56,350 nucleotides of DNA from Psammoneis japonica (Eukaryota). The translations under genes were made by a program, and so were the position numbers. Under the pieces are notes generated by a model. That model worked only from the letters and a program-made list of their open reading frames with translations. It did no database searches and was not told the DNA's origin. The DNA lies in the NCBI GenBank assembly GCA_008632985.1, contig QPGO01000064.1, positions 372,001 to 428,350 on the forward strand. The letters are read 5' to 3'. This document shows positions 11,614 to 20,872 of this stretch, in pieces. Position 1 is the first letter of the stretch, and the number at the start of each line of letters is the position of its first letter.

Positions 11614-13280
11614 GTCTCTCTCTACTCTTTTTCTTGTTGTCGTTGGTATTATATGGTGGTGGTGGTGTTTTGGAACCTCAAACCTCCAAACCTACCGGTA
11701 TGTTTTTCTCATGCATGATGCGATTTCGAATGTTGGTGTGTTTCAATAGGAATATTTTTCAGATTTTTCAGATTAAACACGCTTTAAAACAAAAAAATGC
11801 AAAAATGCGAAAAAAGTGACCAGATGCACCTCTGCAGTAAGATACACAGTACAGTACCGTATGTACCGGTAGGCGGTATTACGGTATGATAGAAGATTGC
11901 ATGAATGCGCTGTGAATGCTGGACACCGGTTTTACTATTGTGGAGGTAGACGGAAAGAATACAACCCTGGGTACAACTGCGTAGGGTCTAGTACTTCTTC
12001 TACAGGGTCACCAGGAAAGCACAGACACCGACTTCCGCTACATCAACCTGCAGCACCCTCCAAGACGCGCAGCTGCGAAGACAACCAAAAAAGAAAACGA
12101 TCGCGACAATGGCCTCCCTTGCGTCGCTGATATCTATATCTATTTTTGCCGTATTTTCCCGTTTCTTTTCGCAGCATTCGGAGCTTTTATACAAGTAACA
12201 TGATGGGCTAGTGGTGCTGGCGTTGAGTTCAATCCGTCGAGGCGGATTTGTCGCTGAAGGTGCAGTGCAGAAATTGTGAGAATGCAGCATCAACATGACG
12301 GATTTTTGTGATATACTATTGTATCTTTGGTGTTGTTTCTCACTTCTTGTCATTATTTTGACGTATGTGCTATAAGGTGTCCACGGGGCTTGGGTTTTTA
12401 TGGTGCTGACTTTCTCTTCGGAACTTATCGTTGAATAATCAAAATTGAGCTGCCACTGGAATTTATGGTAAAGAGTTGGCGGCGGTGATATCTCAACATC
12501 CCTTGGGCCGATTTTCGCGATTCTTGTTTCATTATTAATGGAAATTGTACAAGGAATCCAAGAGGCTTGGTTTTGTTGTGCAAAATTCCATTCTGTGCAG
12601 ATGGATTTATTGGATGCCGTGCGCACAGAAATGATGCTTCAATTGGAAGGGGCGCTCCAGCGATGTTGTGGATTGAACAAGGAAGAATGAAGCCCTAGAC
12701 ACGCACTACATGTAACAAGAATATTAAATATGAATGTTAAACATGGCACGGGGTTTTTTACGTCAGTTGATCGTGTCGGGTTGCCTTGATTTGACAGAAC
12801 ATTCCACGGCACCAACCGGTTTGACATGTAGCTGGAAATCGGCTTCCTCCAGTGTTCCAACCAATTTGACCTTGCTTGCATGGGCAAGCTGTTGTCGCCT
12901 GGTTCGGGCGTTCCATACGCCTTTAGACCCATCCACCACGACATCGTTGGGGGTTGTTTGAATGGCCTCTGGTTGGTGAAGTCTTGTTCACATTGACAAG
13001 TCAACCCGCCAAGAAATAACGTGAGTGCTATCAAGGTTGGCTTGTAATACTTTTTAGACGGCATGGTCTCGGTTGTATTGTTGCATAAATCTATCAAAAA
13101 CGCGACGTACCATGCAACAACCCGGTTGTTTCGATACGGGAAAAATTCCCGTGCTTCCTCCACAAGAACACGGAAGATACGGTCGCTGAAGTGGGGTAAC
13201 GGTCAGTACAATGTGTAGAATTCAACGGAGAAATACTACGGAATACAACATGGGTTGTATTCCCGGGATAATGTACCGGT

Positions 13281-15087
13281 ATGCAGGACACAATATCTCT
13301 ATTGTCATTATCCACAATACGCAGTACGACGCACCACAAGCGAGAAAGCTTTTTGGAAGAAACGACAAGAGCAGTGCACTCCAAGATGAAGGGCAACTCT
13401 AGCGCCTCGGTTGTTAATGATGAGGAAGGAAGGGGACGAAAAGAAAATGACTCATTATTATTGGACGATTCCACTGTGGCAACGACGGTCACAGACTTCA
13501 CCTTTCTGCCTCCTTCATCTCCCCGGAGACAACAACGGAGGACTACCCCCACTCCACACGGAGTATATATAACACATCTCCAAGAAGAAGAAGGAAAAGA
13601 AGAAGATGCTGCTTCCGTAAAAAGGATACAGACTGCGACGATAGACCGGACTACAGTCCGGGACGAGATCTTTGCGGCCTTGCAGGTGGTTGGGACGCAC
13701 GCTCATCGACTAGTACATCCTTCCTACAACCTCGAGTTCCACGAATTCATGAGAATATTGGACGAAGTTGCACAAGCAATTGCTCACGTGAATCAGGCTA
13801 GACTGCAACAACAACCGATTGGATCTCCAGTCAGTAGCCTACCCACCGAGGAAGAAGCGGAGAACATGAAGCAAATCGTTGAATTCGGAGTCGGAGTGGC
13901 CACGAAGATGCTCGCTGCTGTTGTCCAATCCCGCGACGACGACGCGGGTACTGCTACTACTACGACGACGAAGGAGATCTTTGATGTTTTCATTTCCTAC
14001 GCAGGTGAGGAAGGCTTCCTCTATGTCCCGATGCTCTACAAGGAATTGGAGGGAGCACTGACGACATCCGGTTCCTACGCGAGGCACAAAAAGCCAAAGA
14101 TCTTTTTTGACAAGGAAAAACTCGTTTCCGGGGACCCATCCACCGCTGACCCTCCGGAAGCCATGTTATCGAGTATTCTCTCGGCCAAGACCCTCGTATT
14201 TGTTACTAGTTTTCATTTCTTCCAAAAGAAATGGCCTGTCATGGAATTTCTGTGTGGCTTGGCCCGCCTCAAAAAGAACGCACACAACCCTTCACCGCCT
14301 CCCATAATCATTGATGCCATGCCGGGTGAGGTTTGGATGGTAAGTGCAGAAGGAAAGGACAGACCGACGTCAAATTGGGTCGACGATGTCAAGGAACTAT
14401 ACACGGAGATTACCCTGCCTGCTCTTTTAGTTACCCTCAATTCGAAACAAGGTACGTATATCTAGCACCAGTGAATGACACAACGAGGTTCTCAAGAGTT
14501 AATGAAGGGGTCTAACTCGTCTCCATGAAAATTTGCCCCTTTTCGGTTGCACAGGACTTCACCATATAGGGGAGGTTGTCCAAAAGGTTGTAGAGTCAAT
14601 CGATCAAAAGATACAGAACACAATGAGCTCGCCGAACGCACCCTACGAATTCGACGACAATGATAATTGGATCATGTATCGCGATCTGGTTCAGGCCAAA
14701 ATTACGCAGCAAGAGTGCCAAGATGCACTGTACACACAGGGGCGCACATCAAGCGTCCGTGCGCTAAAGGATGGAACTTTTGTGATTCGTAAAAGCAATG
14801 GAAAGAATCACGTTCTGACAGATAATGTCGAGAAACAACTGTGCAAGCTTATCTATGTTAAGAACTTGGAAATTAGGGAAACGTACTGGTTCTACGACAC
14901 TCTCAAGGGCAAGTTTGTTCTGGTGCCGGTTCCCCAAACCCCCAGCGCCGACAACGTCTTCGGATCTTTTTCCGAAATTCTCCAAGAACTCAACCTAAAT
15001 GACTGGCGTAGAATTAAAGGGTACAGCGCTTGCGTCAAATCTATGCTGACCAAAGCAGTGGAAGAAGTGAGAGGGAGGGATAAGTAA
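13281..15087 (+). CDS. TIR domain + C-terminal SH2-like domain protein (2 exons)
   Basis: TIR: FDVFISYAGEE...IFFDKEKL...LVFVTSFHFFQKKWPVMEF. Intron 14452-14554 (gtacgt...ctaac...acag) joins in frame. Exon 2 carries W...ITQQECQDAL...KDGTFVIRKS...FGSFSEILQEL (SH2 pattern). Confidence 0.8.
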
Positions 15088-15186
15088 CGGCTTCACCGAA
15101 CATTGTTTGCGAACCAGAGTAATTGTTGCAAGGAAGATCTAAACCGAGCAAACGATACCCATCTTTCGCGGTGGTTGCCGTTGGAA

Positions 15187-15443
15187 TCCCAAGAGAAAGG
15201 AAAAGACGTGCCGAATCCTACCAAAGGGTAGGCAGAGCATTGCGATGCCGAGAGGAAAACATGCCGACAGCATATAACCGAGAGTGTCGACATCAATCAC
15301 GATGGCATCAGACAGATTTGTGCGTGCCCCCTGACAAATTAGGGAACAAGAACAACAGTTGGAGCCACCTACTTCTCGAGAGAGTAAATGTACTCAAGGG
15401 TCTGATACGCAACAGTTGCAGGAAGAAACTGCGCATGACTCAA
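15187..15443 (-). pseudogene. 5' fragment of a duplicate MBOAT/LPCAT gene
   Basis: Aligns to ~16838-17102 (ccaagagaaaggaaaagac...gggaacaagaacaacagttggagccac...ggaagaaact...catgactcaa) with indels. Confidence 0.92.
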
Positions 15444-15592
15444 TGCGTAGGATGTAGAGTAAAATGAGTTGTTTTGGTCGGTCCATGCAACTGGAAGACG
15501 GGCAATCCAAGAAGTTTCTCACTTCCACGCCGTCAACCGTGCGTTCCCCACCTCTGGCTAGTCCTTCTTTCGAAAAGCTCTCCCCCCACTGG

Positions 15593-17095
15593 CTAGTCCT
15601 TCTTCTGAACAGTTTCAATAGGAGTAGGGAGCAGTGCAACGATGATGTAAAAGGCTACGGCAGCAAGGTGTCCACAGTAGTACAAGCTCTGCCAGCACAT
15701 CAAGGAACGATCGAGGGCTAAGAGCGAAAAGGGCAGAATCGTGTACTCTAAGCACCGAAGAGTGACAAATCGACAAATATTGTCGTAGAGACTCCACATC
15801 TTGTCAGAAAAGCGGGGTGACAACTTTTTCCTGCCAAGCCTTTCACACATGGTAAATAGTGTTGTTGTAAGGAACGAAAGATAGTAGCCAGGATAAAAGC
15901 CATGCCAAAAAGCACTCATACTGTAGACTGCAACAAGACTTCCATCGAAGCGAATGTATACGTAACGAGTAAGCCATTGTGCGGTTTTCTTGTTCCAGTT
16001 CTTTGACATGCTCGTGACGTTTGAAGCAGTTTCAAAATTGACAATATCCATATTGTTGGAGTTCTCCCAGCCAATCGCATTGCCGTCCGCATCAAATCCT
16101 TCAAACCCGGCGTACCATATGTTGTTTGCACCCTCTGCATTCTTCCAGCCAAAGTAATACTTTGTACGCCAAGCAATAAGGGTCATGTAGAGGTACGCCA
16201 GACGAATGTACATGGGTCTTGATTGAAATTCCGAGGTCAAAATGACTGGAGTGTTGCTTTGTGGGTCGACCGGATCCAGCAAGGGAAACATGGCACCAAG
16301 ACCAACATAGAGTGCCATGTTTAAAAGAGAAACGAGCAAAGGCCTCAATGTTGGCCACACATTGCTTGGAGGCTCGCCCCGTTTCTTCCCATCGGGCGTG
16401 TAATAGAGACTTCCATCGCATATGCTACAGTACGTGCTAAACTCCCAGGAAGGACCGCACAAGATTGTTGAAAAACAAAACGTGTACCCGAGATACTCAA
16501 CAATACCAGGAACCTTTCGAAGAGCCCACTTGGCACATTTTTTTGTGGCTCGATTGCCTCCACCAGATGCGAGTACATGCCCATCATAGATATTGTACGC
16601 CAACATGTAGAGTTTTTGTGTCAAGATCATTTGGGTTGCCGTAAAGTCCAAATCATATGCGAGATAGTTTGTGTATTGACGGTAAAGGTGACCAAGTGTC
16701 AGGTAAACGAAAGCAAAAGTTGGGACAGCCGTTTTCAGGGTTGTTGGATGAAGCACCAGACACATTGCGTATACAACAAGCGAAGAGATCAGCTGATGAA
16801 TCCATCCAACATCCAAAGTAAATTGAAGAACAAAGACTCCCAAGAGAAAGGAAAAGACATGCCGAATCTTTCCAAAGGGAAGACAGAGCATTACGAGCCC
16901 GAGAGGATAGCACAGAAACATGCCGAGCGCATAACTGAGAATCTCGACATCAATCCCGACGGCATCCGACAGATCTTGTACGTGGCCCCTGACAAATTCG
17001 GGAACAAGAACAACAGTTGGAGCCACATACTTCTCGAGAGAGTAAATGTAGTCAAGGGTCTGATTCAAAACAGTTGTAGGAAGAAACTCGCTCAT
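15593..17095 (-). CDS. MBOAT lysophospholipid acyltransferase (LPCAT/Ale1-like)
   Basis: 500 aa multi-TM protein. QMILTQK, KYYFGW, WNKKTAQWLTRYVY, SAFWHGFYPGYYLSF. Confidence 0.95.
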   Translation of the reverse strand: MSEFLPTTVLNQTLDYIYSLEKYVAPTVVLVPEFVRGHVQDLSDAVGIDVEILSYALGMFLCYPLGLVMLCLPFGKIRHVFSFLLGVFVLQFTLDVGWIHQLISSLVVYAMCLVLHPTTLKTAVPTFAFVYLTLGHLYRQYTNYLAYDLDFTATQMILTQKLYMLAYNIYDGHVLASGGGNRATKKCAKWALRKVPGIVEYLGYTFCFSTILCGPSWEFSTYCSICDGSLYYTPDGKKRGEPPSNVWPTLRPLLVSLLNMALYVGLGAMFPLLDPVDPQSNTPVILTSEFQSRPMYIRLAYLYMTLIAWRTKYYFGWKNAEGANNIWYAGFEGFDADGNAIGWENSNNMDIVNFETASNVTSMSKNWNKKTAQWLTRYVYIRFDGSLVAVYSMSAFWHGFYPGYYLSFLTTTLFTMCERLGRKKLSPRFSDKMWSLYDNICRFVTLRCLEYTILPFSLLALDRSLMCWQSLYYCGHLAAVAFYIIVALLPTPIETVQKKD

Positions 17096-17648
17096 GACTC
17101 AAAGTTGTTTCAAAACTATCATTCCGCCATGTGCACAAAGAAGAATTCTGTTCTCTGTTCAAGTCTAAGACACCGCAATTATCATGGTTGTCAGTCCCGA
17201 ACCCGATGACACCGAACTCCCCACACGACCCATCTTGGTCGTTTCTCGCGGTAGTACGTTGCCGCCATCGACGGTGATCCGTGATCACTCGAGAACCATG
17301 GCGGAGTTCTGACAGCACCACGCACAACATCGCAACTCCCGTCCAACCGTTGAAAAGAAGCGCGGGAAAACTCGCAATCACTATCACTAAAATTGTATAA
17401 TTTTAATCTTTTTTATTGATAGTGACGTTGAATTTTCATTTTTGGAATTGACGTCATTCGGTTGGTCGCCGATTTTCACGAGCCTCCGTAGAATTGTACG
17501 AGAGCCGCAACGTCACCGTGAAGCCACCAACGTCAGCCTTTCTCCAAAACTCCCGCTCCTCCCTCCAACACTCATCGCACGGCATGTTTCAACACAACAT
17601 CATAATCTGTTGTTCAGGGTGATTAAAACGCTGGCAACTCTTTTGACA

Positions 17649-18961
17649 ATGATTCTCGGTAGACTCCTTGCTCTCTGTGCCGTCACTGCGACCTCAGCCT
17701 TCTTTGTTCCGGTGCCAAACAAGGCGCTGACAGCTCCTCTGTTTAATCAGTACGAGCCGCATCACTGGGCTCTCGACAACAGGTCGAATCACCGAGGTTA
17801 CTCTGGTGGCCAGTTTGGTTCCAGCAACTACCGTGATGACAGAAACGTACGTTGTTATTTGCTCAATACTATCACCATAATCTCTGTGTCTCAATAGGTT
17901 TTCCCACTCACTCGCCATCTCGCTTTTTCAAATTGTGAAACAGAGGCAGGGTCGGGCAAACTACCAGGATAATAGGTCGAATCGCCCAGGAGGCTATCCC
18001 GGTGGCCAGTTTGATTCCAGGAATAACATCCCTGACGACGGAAGCGTACGTTGTTTCGTATTCTCGTTGTCCCGTTTGTTTGAATAACATTCTTACATTC
18101 TCTTTGTGTCTTTTTTTTGTGATGCAGAGGTATGGCAGAGTAAACAACCAGCAGTTCCGCGAGACCCCTCGTGGAAATCCTGGTGCCGGTTACGGAAGGA
18201 GCTACGGTGGAAACGAGAGCCGTCACAACCCCGGTGCCAGGAGTGGAGGATATCCTGACGATCGAAACAACATGTCGCGTCCATACAACGACAGGGGCAA
18301 CGATGGACGATTTGGACAGAGCTATGGAGGCACAGGCAACGAAGACCGAAGCTTTGCTGCCCGTTATGGCCGGACCGCGAATCAGGATCGCGGTGACCGT
18401 TATGGCCAAAGCTACGCGGATGACCGCAGGCAAGCTGATTCGAGAAGCGGCAGTTATGGACAGACGAAGGGTCAGTACGGAGGCACAGGCAACGACCAAC
18501 GTTATGCTCGTCAAAGTCGTTTTGGACCTGAAGACAGGAGAGGCTACGGTCAAAGCTATCCCGACGACCAGAGCCGCAACGCGCCAAGTCGTCGCAACCA
18601 GGGATACGGTGAAAGCTACGGCGGAAACCAGCAAAGCTTTGCCGCTCGCCACCGCGGAGGCGCTAGCCCTGAGCGTCGCCCGGAGAGACCCATGCCTGAC
18701 CGCAGCGGGTACAACAATGGCGGCGGGTACGGACAAGGATACGGTGGCAACAACCAAAGCTTTGCCTCTGGTGACAGGCGCGTCACGAACCAGAACAATA
18801 GGGACTGGCACAGCGGAAGTTACTCGCAAGGCTACAATGACAACACTGGGTACGTCTACCGCGACATGTACAGCAGGTACAACATCAACAATCGAGACAG
18901 CGGCAGCAACTTTCGCACGCGGGATCAGAACCCTCATTCTACCCCGTGGCACCAGAACTAG
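17649..18961 (+). CDS. Signal peptide + ASAF-like presequence, G/R/Y/N/Q/D-rich disordered repeat protein (3 exons)
   Basis: MILGRLLALCAVTATSA-FFVP. Introns ~17847-17943 and ~18046-18127. Repeated GYGQSYGG / RYGQSY motifs. Confidence 0.75.
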
Positions 18962-19168
18962 CTAGACGGTGAGAACAAGTCGGGTTGGCTTTCTCGATGC
19001 ATCTACTGCATTTTTACATGCAATTAATTAAACTATAATATACACAACCGAGCTGCTTCGTATCTTCTGTCTGTTCTTTCGTTTAGCTAGAAAAATCTTC
19101 AATAATGTATGTACTGATGCGCAAAAAGCCCATCGCAGGATGTATTCTTGATCCAGCACCAACGATAG

Positions 19169-20230
19169 TTACGGCTTGACCCCAATGATCACTCCCATTG
19201 CTCGGTCTTGTGGATACAACGCCTTGTCGAAAATCCATCCAGATTTTGTAAGTAGGTCAGCATACTCATCTTCTGTTCGTTCACGGCCAGTTCCCCAGCA
19301 CATCATGTGGATATCAAAGAGCTTCGAGAAATGAGGTGTAGCTGGATCTGACACAACATTCTCGACAATGCACACGCGGGCTCCTCTGGGTGCCTTCTTT
19401 AAAATGTTTTGAAGGATTTGTATGCACTCCTCGTCGTTCCAGTCATGCAGAATCATCTTCATGAAATAGGCATCTACAGACGGAATGCAGTCCGATTCAA
19501 ACATACTTCCAGTTCTATACATGACCCGGTCTGCAACGCCCAGCTCGGTCGCCCATTCGGGCCTGTCATTTCCTTGTGTTACTGTTTCGATTTCCAATAC
19601 AACACCTCTTTCTATGTTTGGAAAGTTCTTGACAATGCTACAAAGCATATGGCCTTGTCCACCACCAACGTCGCAAACAGTCATGCACTTTTGGAGAAAG
19701 CCCGTACTACCGTCTGTCGCTATTGCATCTAGCATGGATTTCGTTTGGGACAGACTGAAGCTCGACATGGCATTATCAAACATCTCTCCGTAACCGGTTG
19801 GATCCTTTTTTGTCTCTTCAAAAGCATGGTGTCCAAACTCTCGGATGAAGGCATTCTGTTTTCCGTCACGAATCATGTCGGGTAAGTGTTTCCACAGCGC
19901 ATAATGTTGCGGCCCTTCTTCAAACAGCGCTAGATCCCGTAGAGATTGTGGATGGTCCGCCGTAAGTACTTTACCGGCTGGTGTCATGGTAAACATTTTG
20001 CCCTCTTGCTCGGTTAGCAGATCAATACACGCCATGGCACGCATCAGTCGGTATGTATGAGCTTCATCCAGCTCACAGTCTTTCGACACGTCCGAGGAAG
20101 ACACGGCTCGGCCACCGTGAGATTCAACTGCCTCGAGGACATTGAGTTTGACGCCAGTATACAGAATCTGACTACGCCAACGACCAAAGATCAACTCACG
20201 AGCAACCTTGTATGCTTCATGGCTGCTCAT
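19169..20230 (-). CDS. O-methyltransferase (Methyltransf_2 with dimerisation domain, ASMT/COMT-like)
   Basis: VCDVGGGQG, GSMFE, YFMKMILHDWNDEEC, DIHMM..GTGRERT. Confidence 0.93.
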   Translation of the reverse strand: MSSHEAYKVARELIFGRWRSQILYTGVKLNVLEAVESHGGRAVSSSDVSKDCELDEAHTYRLMRAMACIDLLTEQEGKMFTMTPAGKVLTADHPQSLRDLALFEEGPQHYALWKHLPDMIRDGKQNAFIREFGHHAFEETKKDPTGYGEMFDNAMSSFSLSQTKSMLDAIATDGSTGFLQKCMTVCDVGGGQGHMLCSIVKNFPNIERGVVLEIETVTQGNDRPEWATELGVADRVMYRTGSMFESDCIPSVDAYFMKMILHDWNDEECIQILQNILKKAPRGARVCIVENVVSDPATPHFSKLFDIHMMCWGTGRERTEDEYADLLTKSGWIFDKALYPQDRAMGVIIGVKP

Positions 20231-20384
20231 TGTGTAGATTGAGTACGAAATATGAAGCGTTTTGCGTCATGGTAGTCGAGCTCTCGCGTCGATTTCAGTT
20301 TATTTTCTCGATCGCGTCGACGTGGCGCTGCAGTCCGACGTGCGAGCAACAGACGTTGGACTAAATCTTACTTCAGGGCCGCAG

Positions 20385-20535
20385 GATAGACTCTAGCTCG
20401 AGACTCCCTCGCTCTATTCACAGCATCCACGCTCTCAAAGCCACTACTCTAGCTACTTCTACTAGCAGTAGTAGCTCTAGGACCTCTTAGAGGAGAGAGT
20501 AACAGAGGCAGGGGGGTGCCTAGCTAGCTAGAGAG
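20385..20535. other. TpA/CTAG-rich low-complexity island
   Basis: ctactctagctacttctactagcagtagtagctctag...cctagctagctagag, located upstream of the OMT start. Confidence 0.7.
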
Positions 20536-20872
20536 GATATCGATGTTGGGTCAAATGCTATGAGATCCTGATCCTTCAAACTTTCATCTTTTATGCCAGT
20601 GAAGGCAATGGATTTGAAATGGAAGTTTGCAAACCAGCACCGGAGCATCACACAGCGGCGAGACAAAACAAAGCGACATCACGAATGTCAAAATTATGGA
20701 TTGTAATTTTCTATTCGCTGCTAGCTAGATGATAGCGTGCTCGAGATTGCCAGCTATGGTGTCAACATTCAATATACAAGTAGCAGCTCCAACTCGAGTG
20801 GCGGCACTCGAGCTGCTTCTTGTTTGGACGTTGATCTCGGAATAAAAGTTTAAACATTTCGCATGCGTGGCA

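Noticed and set aside
12000..13163. ORFs of 208 and 174 aa between the kinase and TIR-SH2 genes
   Set aside because: No recognisable domain. Possibly a decayed gene, but not supportable.
15552..15606. 16-bp direct repeat ctggctagtccttctt at the MBOAT stop
   Set aside because: Small local duplication with no evidence of function
17891..18965. 353-aa antisense and 264-aa alternate-frame ORFs
   Set aside because: Shadows of the low-complexity G/R/Y protein, whose frame is supported by splice sites and a presequence
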